40,338 bases of DNA. Source: Promethearchaeia archaeon (lineage in GTDB: Archaea > Asgardarchaeota > Lokiarchaeia > Sigyniarchaeales > SOKP01). The stretch is from positions 1-40,338 of the forward strand of contig JAHQWY010000001.1 in the NCBI GenBank assembly GCA_029856445.1. Direction: 5' to 3'. The translations under genes and the position numbers were made by a program. The notes under the pieces are model-generated. The model did not search any database. It was not told the DNA's origin and was given only the letters and a program-made list of their open reading frames with translations. Position 1 is the first letter of the stretch, and each line of letters starts with the position of its first letter. Shown piece after piece: positions 27,599-37,670 of this stretch.

Positions 27599-30481
27599 AT
27601 GGAACCTACAAAAGTAAACTATTATAATCTTGAATTAGAGCAAATTTATACTAAACTTCAAACTGATCCTCAGAAAGGATTAACTCAAAAGGAAGCTGCG
27701 AAAAGATTGCTTGAGCTTGGACCAAATGAGATACCAAAAGTCTCTAGAGGGCTTATTAAAATTTATCTGGCACCGCTATTTAATTGGTTGATAGTAATTT
27801 ATTTGTTTGGTGCTCTAGTCCTATTTATCGTATCTTTTTTCGGAGGGGAGGGGAGTATATTATTTATCGGTTTAACTTTAGGGATTGTATTTTTGAATTG
27901 TTTGGTTGCTGTTATTCAACAATACAGAGCAACTAAAAAACTTAAAGCTTTACGCGAACTTACGGCACCCACTTCCACTATTATTAGAGATGGTCAAAAG
28001 ATGGATGTGCCCACAAAAGAAATTGTTATAGGGGATTTGTTAGCAGTAGAACAAGGAGATAAGGTTCCTGCTGATGCAAGAATAATTCAATCTTTTAACC
28101 TTGTAGTTAATGAAGCTTCTTTGACAGGAGAATCAGAACCTGTAAGAAAAACTGAATTGGGAAAGGCATTAGATAGAGATGATATCTCTATTGGTGAACG
28201 CAAAAACATGGTTTTTTACGGGACTTATATTGCCACGGGCACGGGAAAATCTATTGTGGTAAAAACAGGAGGAGAAACTGAAATAGGAAAGATTTCTCAC
28301 GGTTTAGAGGAAGCTGGAACCAGTGAAATCCCAATTCGTCAGAAAATGAATCATTTTGGAAAATGGTTGGGATTAATCGTTTTTATATTTTGGTTTATTA
28401 CATTAATGATAATATGGATTGCAAGTGGATTTAAGAGACTCGAGGTTGTCAAAAGTTTGAATTCGGCACTTGATCTTCTTCCTATAAACTTACCATTGCT
28501 CGTTACTATCGTTTTAATAACTGGTGTTCTTGCTATGGCTCGCCATGGTGTAATTATACGAAATCTTGCTTCAGTTGATAGTTTAGGACGTGTTAGTGTT
28601 GTTTGTTCTGATAAAACAGGAACTCTTACAAAAAATCAGATGTCTGTTCAGCATGTTTGGACAAACGGGTCTATATTTAGAGTCACAGGTAGTGGGTATA
28701 CTCCTGAAGGAGATATTGTATTAATGGATGATCCTAAGAATCATATTTATGTTAAACATATCGATGAATATCCTTATCTTAAATTATTATTAACCTCAGG
28801 TTTTCTAAATAACAATTCTGCTTTAGTAAAAAATGAAATTGAGATATCTGGGAAAACTCTCTATAATTGGGAGGTAATTGGTTCTCCTACGGAAGGTGCA
28901 TTAATGGTGTTATTTCAAAAAGGGATGGGTGATTATCTTCTTGATGAATTTGAACTTATAACGGAATATCCTTTTGATTCTTCGGTAAAGAGAATGTCAA
29001 AACTCTATAAGAGAGATCGTGTATATATTACTTTCACAAAGGGAGCGAGTGAAGTATTATTGCCTTTATGTAATAAAATAATATACCAGGATAAAGAAAT
29101 AGAGTTTAATTATGAAATTCAAAATAAAGTAATGGAAATTGTAAATCTATATGCAAATCAAGGTTATAGAATATTAAGTCTATGTTATAAAGAAATGGAT
29201 GAGATTCCCCCTGAAGGTGAAGATGGTAGAAAAATTAGTGAATCAGATTTAATTTTTATTGGATTTGTTACAATTTTAGATCCTCCCAGAGAGGGTGTAA
29301 AAGAATCTGTGGAACAATGCCATGAAGCAGGAGTAGACGTTATAATGATTACTGGTGACTCACCAACTACAGCTAGAGCGATAGCCTCACAAATATCAAT
29401 TATTACTAAAGAGAGTGACACTGTAAAAGAAGGAAAAGAAGTTAAAAATATTGATTCATATGAAGATTTTTCTAAAATAAAGGTATTTGCACGTGTTTCA
29501 CCAGAACATAAAGAAGATATAGTGGAAAAATATCAAGAACAGAAAAAAGTCGTTGCCATGACTGGTGATGGAGTAAATGATGCTTTAGCTTTAAATATGG
29601 CAGATGCAGGTGTGGCAATGGGAATCACAGGAACCGATGTTGCTAAAGAGGCTTCAGATATGGTAATCTCAGATGATTCATTTAATTCCATAGTCACTGG
29701 TATTTATTATGGGAGAGGTATATTTGCTAGAATTCGTGTGGTAGTATTCTTTTACATTTGTATTAACATTTTTGAAGGTATTATCCAATTTATTTTAGCA
29801 ATTATCTTAGATTTACCGTATTTTTTAGATGAAGAGTTTTATTATCAATGGATATTCCTCTCACTTACTTTGCATACGTTTCCAGGATTGATCCTTACAT
29901 TTGATTCAACATCTAAAGATGTAATGAAAGAAAAACCAAAAGATTCAGAAGAGATACTATCGAAAAATACTATTATCCTTTTATTCATTTTTGGAATTTT
30001 ATTAGCTATTAGCATGATTGTGGTTTATTCAATTACTATTAGTGAATTATATCCAACACCAAATATTTTAGACTTTGGTGACCTTAACAAGGGTTATCTC
30101 TATACATATGAAACCGCCGATATATCTACTGGAGTTACACTAGTAGAAGCAAAAACTTTGACAATGCTTATGGTTACGTTATTTTTCTGTGAATCATTTT
30201 TAGTATTTCAAATCAGACGACCAAATAAGTCATTAATAAGAAGTATAAAAGAAGACAGTAATAAATTCATGTATTTATTAATAGGATTATTATTCTTTGT
30301 CCTCCTGGCATTGATGTACATTCCTGGCGTTCAAGTAGCACTTGCAGATGGTGGAGTTAATTTTATGTTCATGTATTTAACTGGACTAGATTGGTTAGTA
30401 TGCTTTTTGATTGCATTAATTTGTATCGTATCATTTGAGATTGTAAAATATGTAGCTCGTAGCTATGGTATAATTTTTTAA
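27599..30481 (+). CDS. P-type cation-transporting ATPase (P2/P3-like architecture, atypical ion site), paralog B
   Basis: 960 aa. LTGESEP, CSDKTGTLT, MITGDSPTTA, MTGDGVNDALALN. M4 motif is PINLP at 28481-28495. Collinear with paralog A throughout. Confidence 0.9.
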   Translation: MEPTKVNYYNLELEQIYTKLQTDPQKGLTQKEAAKRLLELGPNEIPKVSRGLIKIYLAPLFNWLIVIYLFGALVLFIVSFFGGEGSILFIGLTLGIVFLNCLVAVIQQYRATKKLKALRELTAPTSTIIRDGQKMDVPTKEIVIGDLLAVEQGDKVPADARIIQSFNLVVNEASLTGESEPVRKTELGKALDRDDISIGERKNMVFYGTYIATGTGKSIVVKTGGETEIGKISHGLEEAGTSEIPIRQKMNHFGKWLGLIVFIFWFITLMIIWIASGFKRLEVVKSLNSALDLLPINLPLLVTIVLITGVLAMARHGVIIRNLASVDSLGRVSVVCSDKTGTLTKNQMSVQHVWTNGSIFRVTGSGYTPEGDIVLMDDPKNHIYVKHIDEYPYLKLLLTSGFLNNNSALVKNEIEISGKTLYNWEVIGSPTEGALMVLFQKGMGDYLLDEFELITEYPFDSSVKRMSKLYKRDRVYITFTKGASEVLLPLCNKIIYQDKEIEFNYEIQNKVMEIVNLYANQGYRILSLCYKEMDEIPPEGEDGRKISESDLIFIGFVTILDPPREGVKESVEQCHEAGVDVIMITGDSPTTARAIASQISIITKESDTVKEGKEVKNIDSYEDFSKIKVFARVSPEHKEDIVEKYQEQKKVVAMTGDGVNDALALNMADAGVAMGITGTDVAKEASDMVISDDSFNSIVTGIYYGRGIFARIRVVVFFYICINIFEGIIQFILAIILDLPYFLDEEFYYQWIFLSLTLHTFPGLILTFDSTSKDVMKEKPKDSEEILSKNTIILLFIFGILLAISMIVVYSITISELYPTPNILDFGDLNKGYLYTYETADISTGVTLVEAKTLTMLMVTLFFCESFLVFQIRRPNKSLIRSIKEDSNKFMYLLIGLLFFVLLALMYIPGVQVALADGGVNFMFMYLTGLDWLVCFLIALICIVSFEIVKYVARSYGIIF

Positions 30482-30562
30482 TAAACTCATTTTTATTTTT
30501 TTACTTCTTAATTTTGCATAGATTTAAATATTTTTTTATAAGAAAACAGATTTTCATCGCTT

Positions 30563-31102
30563 ATGTTAAAAGGAGAAAGAGTAATTCTTAGTCCTGTTAA
30601 AAGGGAATATATTGATTCTTATCTCAAGTGGTTAAATGATCCAGAAATCACACAGTTTTTATCTATGTTTCTTCCACTTACCCGTATGATGGAAGAAGAT
30701 TGGATCGAAAACCTAAAGAATCGAGATGATACTATTGCTTTTGCTATTCTTATCTTTGATGAAAAAAATGTAGAAAAGCTTATTGGAAATTGTGGACTGC
30801 ATGCTATTGATTGGAAAAATCGCGTAAGCGAAATAGGAATCATGATAGGCGAAAAAGAATACCAGAGTAAAGGATATGGAACTGAAGCAATGGAGGTTTT
30901 GTTAGATTATGGATTCAAAACATTAAATCTGAACCGAATTCAATTGCGTGTTTATGAATTTAACAATAGAGCCATTAATTCTTATAAGAAAATAGGATTT
31001 ATTGAAGAGGGTAGAATGAGGAAAGCAGTATTCATTAATGGAAAATATCATGATATCATTATTATGAGTATTTTACAGAAAGAATGGTTGGGTAACAAAT
31101 AG
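30563..31102 (+). CDS. GNAT-family N-acetyltransferase (RimJ/RimL-like)
   Basis: 179 aa. Typical RimJ/L-like N-terminus (LKGERVILSPV...D...YLKWLNDPE) and acetyl-CoA motif region (QSKGYGTEAMEVLLDYGF, NxRAINSYKKIGF). Confidence 0.85.
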   Translation: MLKGERVILSPVKREYIDSYLKWLNDPEITQFLSMFLPLTRMMEEDWIENLKNRDDTIAFAILIFDEKNVEKLIGNCGLHAIDWKNRVSEIGIMIGEKEYQSKGYGTEAMEVLLDYGFKTLNLNRIQLRVYEFNNRAINSYKKIGFIEEGRMRKAVFINGKYHDIIIMSILQKEWLGNK

Positions 31103-31186
31103 GAAAGAAAAAGAAATAACAAAATAAAACTTAAATTTCACTCTAGCTACTTTAGATTATCTTAAATTAAATAAAATAGGACTATA

Positions 31187-32299
31187 ATGATGACTGATAT
31201 TAAATTTGGAACTAATCTGTATTATTCTCAATCTTGGGATCTTCTTAAGAAGAAGGTTATAACAGCTAACCAAGAAAATTGGGACTCTATTTGGCTTCCA
31301 GATCACCTAAGTGGTATCACCGGAGGTGCTATAGATGATTTTTTTTGTTTATGGCCGGTGTTTGGTGCATTTTCTGAATTGGCGAAGGGAAAGACATTAG
31401 GATCAGCAGTAACAGATCCTTACAGATTGCATCCTGCATCTTTAGCTCAAATGGCAACAACACTCAACCACATGACAGAGGGAAACTTTATACTTGGGAT
31501 GGGTGCTGGTGAAGGGATGAATTTAAAGGCATATAATATACATTATGACCATGCGGTCACTAAAATGAGTGAATCTATAAAAATAATGAAAGAATTTTGG
31601 GAAAAAGGAAAAGATGTTACTTTTAATGGAGAATATTTCCAAACTAAGAATGCAGTTATGCTTCCTCAACCAGTAAGTAAAATTCCTGTGTGGATCGCTG
31701 GAAATGGACCTAAAACTCTGAAGCTTACAGCAGAATTGGCTGATGGTTGGATGCCTTTAGGTGCCTTTCCTGAATTATATAAGGAAAACAGAAATACCAT
31801 TCTTGAAATTATGAAAAAAGAAGGAAGAAATCCAAATGATTTTACTTTTGGTTATTTTACCCGAATTTTTATAAATGATGACGAAGAAAAGTTGAACTCT
31901 TTTTATAGGGGCATGAAGTCCGGATTAAGTATGCAACCAAGAACTCTGAAAAGACTAGGATTCTGGAAAGATGAATATGAACAGATATTTTATGAAGCAA
32001 CTGGCTTTAATAGTGAAGAAATGAGTATACTGGTATATGATAGGGAGGATGTTGCTAAGTTTGATTATAGAAAATTAGCACCATTAGCAGAAGATATTCC
32101 TGATAAATTAATTAAAGAAAGTGGTATGATTGGCACTAAAGAAGATGTAATTCAAAAGATACAAAGGTTTGTAGATGCTGGTGCTGAGCATTTTATCTTA
32201 GAATTACAACATGGAGTATCAAAAAGACACGCCCCTTTTAGCTATTTTGATGTAACTAAAATTATTAGTGAAGAGATCATCCCCATATTTAAGGATTAA
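31187..32299 (+). CDS. luciferase-like monooxygenase (LLM) class, probably F420-dependent oxidoreductase
   Basis: 370 aa. LLM pattern FGT...WLPDHL, HPASLAQMATTLNHMTEGNFILGMGAGE, PVWIAGNGPKTLKLTAELADGW. Cofactor and substrate are inferred only. Confidence 0.75.
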   Translation: MMTDIKFGTNLYYSQSWDLLKKKVITANQENWDSIWLPDHLSGITGGAIDDFFCLWPVFGAFSELAKGKTLGSAVTDPYRLHPASLAQMATTLNHMTEGNFILGMGAGEGMNLKAYNIHYDHAVTKMSESIKIMKEFWEKGKDVTFNGEYFQTKNAVMLPQPVSKIPVWIAGNGPKTLKLTAELADGWMPLGAFPELYKENRNTILEIMKKEGRNPNDFTFGYFTRIFINDDEEKLNSFYRGMKSGLSMQPRTLKRLGFWKDEYEQIFYEATGFNSEEMSILVYDREDVAKFDYRKLAPLAEDIPDKLIKESGMIGTKEDVIQKIQRFVDAGAEHFILELQHGVSKRHAPFSYFDVTKIISEEIIPIFKD

Positions 32300-32359
32300 T
32301 TTTCTTTATTTTTTATTTATTCTTAATGATTCTTAAGAGCAAGTTTAAATTCCACAGCT

Positions 32360-33424
32360 TTAATTCTCTAATTCTTCAAAATAGGGTATTATATTATCAC
32401 GAAATATCTCGTAAACTTTATTTGGATCAGGACCTCTATTCATCATACTTATATGGGTTATCCCAGCTTCTTTATATTTTTCTATACTTGCAATTACATC
32501 CTCAGTCGTACCGAGACAATTAAAATCTTGGAGTATTGTTTCAGGTAATCGATTAATATGTCTGAAAACATCCAATGCATTATTACTACCCAAACCAAAA
32601 TCATGGACACTAATATTTTCAGGTAAATCTAAACCAGGATATGCCTCATTAGTAATCCAAGAATTTAGTAAATATGAAGACTTAAAGAATTCACATCTTT
32701 TTTCAGCATTTTCAGGATTGGCATCATCTATAGCTACAAAACAATCATATACATAATCAATATCATCAGGATCTCGACCTGCGATTTTTGCTGCATTCTT
32801 CACTTCTTTAATATTCTTTTTGATAACCCATGGTGGTTGATATAACGGGTACCATCCATCTCCAAGTTCTCCTGTTATTTGACGGGTTTTTGGCCCATTA
32901 GCTGCGATATAAATCGGTGGACTCTCCTGTATAGGGTTGATCGCGATGAATGCATTTTTTATTTTTCCCCAGAAATCACTTTTATGATTGACATTTTTCT
33001 CAGTCCAAAATTTTCTCAATAAAATAATATATTCTCTCAATTTTGAAACAGATCTCCTTCGACTTAACCCATACATATCAATATTCATTGCTTCACCTGC
33101 ACCTAATCCTATCATAGCCCTTCCATTAGAGATTTGATCCAACGTAGCTACCTTATGTGCCATTAATGCAGGATGAAAACGATGGCAATCAGAGACTCCA
33201 GTACATAATTGTACTTTTTTCGTTATCATTGCTAGAGCTGTTAAATAACAATAAGCATCATAGCAAGTTCCTGTTCCTTTTTGTGGTGACATTGTAGTAT
33301 GGTCTGCATAAAAAATTCCAAAAAAACCAGATTCCTCAGCCTTTTTAACGCCCTCATACATATATTCTAAACGAGGGGTAGGTACAGGGATATGAAAACT
33401 AAATCTCATAATAAATATATTCAT
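32360..33424 (-). CDS. luciferase-like monooxygenase (LLM) class, probably F420-dependent oxidoreductase
   Basis: 354 aa. HPALMAHKVATLDQISNGRAMIGLGAGE and PIYIAANGPKTRQITGELGDGW. The likely true start is the second Met (MRFSFHIP, ATG at 33409). Confidence 0.75.
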   Translation of the reverse strand: MNIFIMRFSFHIPVPTPRLEYMYEGVKKAEESGFFGIFYADHTTMSPQKGTGTCYDAYCYLTALAMITKKVQLCTGVSDCHRFHPALMAHKVATLDQISNGRAMIGLGAGEAMNIDMYGLSRRRSVSKLREYIILLRKFWTEKNVNHKSDFWGKIKNAFIAINPIQESPPIYIAANGPKTRQITGELGDGWYPLYQPPWVIKKNIKEVKNAAKIAGRDPDDIDYVYDCFVAIDDANPENAEKRCEFFKSSYLLNSWITNEAYPGLDLPENISVHDFGLGSNNALDVFRHINRLPETILQDFNCLGTTEDVIASIEKYKEAGITHISMMNRGPDPNKVYEIFRDNIIPYFEELEN

Positions 33425-33518
33425 TAAATTTCTTTATTAATCTTCATAACAAATTAATTTTTAAGATATTTATCATTCACTTCTTATAGAAAAAATTCAA
33501 ATTATTAGGTGTAAATAT

Positions 33519-34853
33519 ATGAGTAAATCAAAAGTTTCTATTGTAAAATACGAAAAACCTCTTGAATCAGTGAGAAAATTAATTGAATCCATAAACTTGT
33601 TTGATGAGATCCCCAAGGATGCAAAGGTATTTATTAAACCTAACATCGTATATTGGAATCGCTTTACAAATTTTCCAAAATGGGGTGTTATTACTTCTTC
33701 TCGCGTAATTGAAGATGTGGTTGTATTACTTAAGGAACATGGAATTGATGATATTTCTATAGGTGAAGGAATAGTAACCGGCGATGTAAAAGATACAGAA
33801 ACTGCAGCAGATGCATTTGAAAAATTAGGGTATAATGTTCTTAAAGAAAAATATGGTGTGAACCCAATCAATACTTTTCAACGTCCATTTGAAAAGGTAG
33901 ATTTAGGAACTGGATTTACGACTAAATTCAGCTCGGATGCCTTAGCCGCGGATGTTGTTATCGATATTCCGGTGCTTAAAACGCATAGCCAGGCAGTTGT
34001 TACTTTAGGATTTAAGAACTTGAAGGGTTTAATTAGCCAACCTTCTCGTAAAAAATTTCATAGTGCTGATCCTGAAAAAGACTTACATTACAATGTTGCA
34101 CAACTTCCAAATAAACTTAAAAAAGTAATAACCATTTTAGATGGAATTTATACTCTTGAACGAGGTCCAGCAATTGATGGAAAAGCTCATAGAACAAATA
34201 TTTTGGTAGCCTCTGCAGATATACTATCAGCAGATATGGTAGGTTCTAAATTGTTGGGTATAGAACCCACTGATGTTCCTCATTTAGTGGTAGCTGCAAA
34301 AGCCAGGAAGAGACCGATGGATTTATCGGATGTTGAAATTGTAGGAGAAAAAATAGAGGATCTAGCAACTCATCATGAATGGGATTTTATCTATAATGAA
34401 GAAGGAGATCTACCACTCCCATTACTTAGGATTGGAGTAAAAGGGCTGAAATATCGAAAATATGACAGCAGTCTGTGCACATATTGTTCAGGAATTAATG
34501 GAATGTTATTACTAATCATTAAAAATGCATGGCAGTCAAGGAAAGGAAAGCCATTTGATAATGTTGAATTTTTAAATGGCAAACTTCAGGAGCCAACGCC
34601 AGGAATGAATAAAACTATTCTTATTGGTCAATGTCAGTGTAATAAAAACAAAGATCATCCAGATATCAAAGAAATGATTCCAATTAAAGGCTGTCCTCCC
34701 TCAATGGAAGACGTGAGACATGCATTCAGTCAAATTGGAATTGAACTCCCTGGTGGGATGTTAGACAACACAAATAGATCTGGAGCAGGATACTTAATGG
34801 CAAAATATAAGGGAAGACCTGAATTTGAAGAGTCTTTTTTTCAAATCGCATAA
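33519..34853 (+). CDS. DUF362-family protein with conserved C-terminal Cys motif
   Basis: 444 aa. DUF362-like landmarks KVFIKPNIV, VLKTHSQAVVTLGFKNLKG, LDGIYTLERGP. Cys residues C320, C323, C372 and C392 (CTYC...GQC...GCP) are shared with the paralog at 38323-40338. Confidence 0.7.
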   Translation: MSKSKVSIVKYEKPLESVRKLIESINLFDEIPKDAKVFIKPNIVYWNRFTNFPKWGVITSSRVIEDVVVLLKEHGIDDISIGEGIVTGDVKDTETAADAFEKLGYNVLKEKYGVNPINTFQRPFEKVDLGTGFTTKFSSDALAADVVIDIPVLKTHSQAVVTLGFKNLKGLISQPSRKKFHSADPEKDLHYNVAQLPNKLKKVITILDGIYTLERGPAIDGKAHRTNILVASADILSADMVGSKLLGIEPTDVPHLVVAAKARKRPMDLSDVEIVGEKIEDLATHHEWDFIYNEEGDLPLPLLRIGVKGLKYRKYDSSLCTYCSGINGMLLLIIKNAWQSRKGKPFDNVEFLNGKLQEPTPGMNKTILIGQCQCNKNKDHPDIKEMIPIKGCPPSMEDVRHAFSQIGIELPGGMLDNTNRSGAGYLMAKYKGRPEFEESFFQIA

Positions 34854-34910
34854 AATTTATTTTTTGAATTTATTTTTCATTCCTTTCTCTATTACAAAAC
34901 ATAAATTAAA

Positions 34911-34918
34911 TTTATATA
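34911..34918 (+). promoter_or_regulatory. candidate archaeal TATA box (TTTATATA) for the acyl-CoA synthetase gene
   Basis: TTTATATA at 34911-34918 would place the transcription start near 34940. The first ATG after that is 34975, which supports the shorter gene model. This is weak evidence in such an AT-rich genome. Confidence 0.25.
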
Positions 34919-34974
34919 CAAGAATGGGTTATTTTCAAATTATAAATCTTTTTAACGATCCAAGAGTGAAAATT

Positions 34975-36681
34975 ATGAAAGATTATTCAGATTGGAAAAT
35001 TACTTTAGATTTCGAAAATGAATCACCATATGTAAACCCTAATAGGCCATGGTTGAAATTTCGAGAGCCTGATGTCCCAAAATCAATAAAATTTGACCCG
35101 ATTCCAATCCATGAGTTTATTAAATGGATTGCAAGACAATATCCAAATAACGTATGCGTATATCACAAACCAACTGAGAAAAAATACACATATCGTGAAT
35201 TGATTTATTATTCTGATAAAGTAGGAAATGCGTTATCAAAATTAGGGATTAAGAAAGGAGATTCCGTTGCCATTATGTCAGAAAATTGTGCTGAATTTAT
35301 ATTTTGTTGTGTAGGGATTATGGAAACAGGCGCCATAGTTATCCCTGTAAACCCATTGCTAAAGGAATCAGATGTTACTCATATAATTCGAGATGCTGGT
35401 AATGTGAAAGCATTTTTTGTCCATAAAAATAACTTTAGAACAGTAAAAAGGGTTCGAAAGCAAGTTGATTTTGAAAATTTGATTCTAATAGGTACAGAAG
35501 AAGAGAAACCAGATACTGTTACTTTCAGTGATTTAATAGCTGATGTGGGTCCAAATCCTCCCGATGTAGATATAGATCCTGTAAATGATATTGTTGCATT
35601 AATGTATACAGGAGGTACTACGGGTCTGCCAAAAGGTGTAATTTGGACACATGATGGGCTACTTCATAGCTGTATAAACTTGGGTTATTCATCAGGTGAT
35701 ACCTATGAAGAAAACGTTGGAATCAGCGCTAATTTATCTATTTTACCATTATGTCATGCTATGGGGTTCGGTATATTGATAATTGCGCTATATCTTGCTG
35801 CCATGCTAGTTATGTTCCCTTTTAATCCTTCTGAAGTACTAAAGGCAATCGAATTTTATCAAATAAAATTATTTGTAGGGGTTCCAGTAATGTATCAAAT
35901 GCTAATCAATTCTCCTGAATTTACAGAAACAGATTTCTCTAATCTTGAATCAGCAGGATCTGGTTCAGCAGCACTGGCACCCGAATTCAACAAAAAGTGG
36001 GAAGAGGTTATTGGTTTTAAAGTAGGTCAAGGTTATGGTCTGACAGAATCTTCCGCATTCGCAACTTCTGCTGCAGCCTGGATGCCAGAAATTAAACCTG
36101 ATAGCATAGGTGTACCTAATATTGAAACAGATGTAATTATAGTAAATCCTGACACTTTGGAAGAGCTCAAACCAGGAGAAATAGGAGAACTCCTAGTAAA
36201 AGGGCCTCAAGTAATGAAAGGATATTGGAAAAATCCGGAAGCTACCAAAAAAGACATTGTAAATGGATGGTTAAGAACTGGCGATCTAGCCCGAATGGAT
36301 GAGGATGGGTATTTATACATCGAAGGTCGTACCAAAGATATGGTTAAATATAAGGGTTATAAAGTAATGGCTCGAGAAGTAGAAGAAAAACTCGTTGAAC
36401 ACCCAGCAATTGTGGAAGCAGGAGTTATTGGTGTTCCTGATCCAAATATAGGTGAAACTATAAAAGCCTATGTGGTAATAGAGCCAGAATATAAAGATAA
36501 AATTACTGAACGCGAAATTATAGATTGGTCAAAAGAAAGATTAGCAGGATATAAATATCCCCGTCAAGTTGAGTTTATAAATATATTACCTCGAACTGCT
36601 GTTGGCAAAATTTTTAGAAGAAAACTAAGAGAAAAAGCAATGGAAGATCAAGAAAAAGAAGAATCATTAACTCCTTTATAA
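34975..36681 (+). CDS. AMP-dependent acyl-CoA synthetase/ligase (long/medium-chain fatty-acid-CoA ligase-like)
   Basis: AMP-binding motif MYTGGTTGLPKGV, then GYGLTE, then TGDLARMDEDGYLYIEGRTKD and PRTAVGKIFRRKL. The track ORF opens at 34825, but that extension overlaps the previous gene and is hydrophobic junk, so I prefer ATG 34975 (MKDYSDW). Confidence 0.9.
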   Translation: MKDYSDWKITLDFENESPYVNPNRPWLKFREPDVPKSIKFDPIPIHEFIKWIARQYPNNVCVYHKPTEKKYTYRELIYYSDKVGNALSKLGIKKGDSVAIMSENCAEFIFCCVGIMETGAIVIPVNPLLKESDVTHIIRDAGNVKAFFVHKNNFRTVKRVRKQVDFENLILIGTEEEKPDTVTFSDLIADVGPNPPDVDIDPVNDIVALMYTGGTTGLPKGVIWTHDGLLHSCINLGYSSGDTYEENVGISANLSILPLCHAMGFGILIIALYLAAMLVMFPFNPSEVLKAIEFYQIKLFVGVPVMYQMLINSPEFTETDFSNLESAGSGSAALAPEFNKKWEEVIGFKVGQGYGLTESSAFATSAAAWMPEIKPDSIGVPNIETDVIIVNPDTLEELKPGEIGELLVKGPQVMKGYWKNPEATKKDIVNGWLRTGDLARMDEDGYLYIEGRTKDMVKYKGYKVMAREVEEKLVEHPAIVEAGVIGVPDPNIGETIKAYVVIEPEYKDKITEREIIDWSKERLAGYKYPRQVEFINILPRTAVGKIFRRKLREKAMEDQEKEESLTPL

Positions 36682-36733
36682 CTCTTAATAAAAAATATTA
36701 AAAAATCTATATTTTTCTTTTTAATTATTTATT

Positions 36734-37618
36734 CTATAAATCCTTTAACATAGCTTTAATCTTATTATAATCATTCCAAATTCCATCAAATCGAGTTTTC
36801 ATACCAGTCTCCCACGCAGGTCCAGCTTCTGTAAAAATATAAAATATTCCCTTCTTGATTGCCTCAAAGACAATGTCACCTGACTGATCAGGGTCAGTGC
36901 CTGCTTCCCATATTTTTGGAGCAGCTCTTACTACTTGTTCAAGTTCAGGATGATTTTTTATTATTCTATCAAAGGGTGGTATATAATCTGTGCCACAAAA
37001 TTCTGCTGGACGATTCCGTTCGCTACTTGTAATTCTGGTGTTTACAACACCGGGACAAAGCACAGAAATACCGATTTTTATCCCCATTTGCATAAAACTC
37101 GCTCTTAAACTTTCTGAAAGAGACACTACTCCTTGTTTAGTAATACCATAGATTCCATTAGCAAAATCTCCAGACATTATTCCTGCCATGGAGGAGGTAT
37201 TAACAATATAACATTCATTATCTTGCTGAAGCATTATTGGAATAAAAGTTCGAATCCCATGAATTACACCCCATAAATTTACTCCTATAACCCATTCCCA
37301 ATCAGATAAAACACCCTCCCAAAGAAATCCTGGAGATGCAACCCCAGCATTATTACATAATAAATGGACTTCTCCAAATTTATCAATTGTCTTTTGGGCT
37401 AACTTCTTAATATCTTCTAGTTTTGAAACATCAACTACCACAGATATTACATCTGTTCCTGATGACTTTAATTCTTCTTCAGCTTGATTTAAAGCATCTT
37501 TTTCAATATCAGCTATTACTAATCTCATATCTTCTTTTGCAGCTCTCCTGGCTATTCCGAGACCGATTCCGCTTGCCGCGCCAGTTATAACTGCCACTTT
37601 ATCTTTAAACTCTTTCAT
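36734..37618 (-). CDS. short-chain dehydrogenase/reductase (SDR) family oxidoreductase
   Basis: 294 aa. Cofactor motif TGAASGIGLG, then NNAG, then catalytic S...YGITK (YxxxK). Confidence 0.9.
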   Translation of the reverse strand: MKEFKDKVAVITGAASGIGLGIARRAAKEDMRLVIADIEKDALNQAEEELKSSGTDVISVVVDVSKLEDIKKLAQKTIDKFGEVHLLCNNAGVASPGFLWEGVLSDWEWVIGVNLWGVIHGIRTFIPIMLQQDNECYIVNTSSMAGIMSGDFANGIYGITKQGVVSLSESLRASFMQMGIKIGISVLCPGVVNTRITSSERNRPAEFCGTDYIPPFDRIIKNHPELEQVVRAAPKIWEAGTDPDQSGDIVFEAIKKGIFYIFTEAGPAWETGMKTRFDGIWNDYNKIKAMLKDL

Positions 37619-37670
37619 TTCATTTCTTCCTTATTTTTTAATTAGTTGTTATTTATAAAATTTAAAATTA

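Noticed and set aside
32326-32523. 65-aa plus-strand ORF between the two LLM genes.
   Set aside because: It overlaps the 3' end of the minus-strand LLM gene and has low-complexity Leu/Tyr/Ser composition, so it is a likely shadow ORF.
33497-33871. 124-aa minus-strand ORF opposite the start of the DUF362 gene.
   Set aside because: It is antisense to a gene whose product aligns with a paralog elsewhere in the window. It has no motifs of its own.
34825-34974. N-terminal 50-aa extension of the acyl-CoA synthetase ORF (MKSLFFKSHKIYFLNLFF...).
   Set aside because: It overlaps the end of the DUF362 gene and runs through the candidate TATA box. It has no counterpart in AMP-ligase N-termini. ATG 34975 is the more plausible start.
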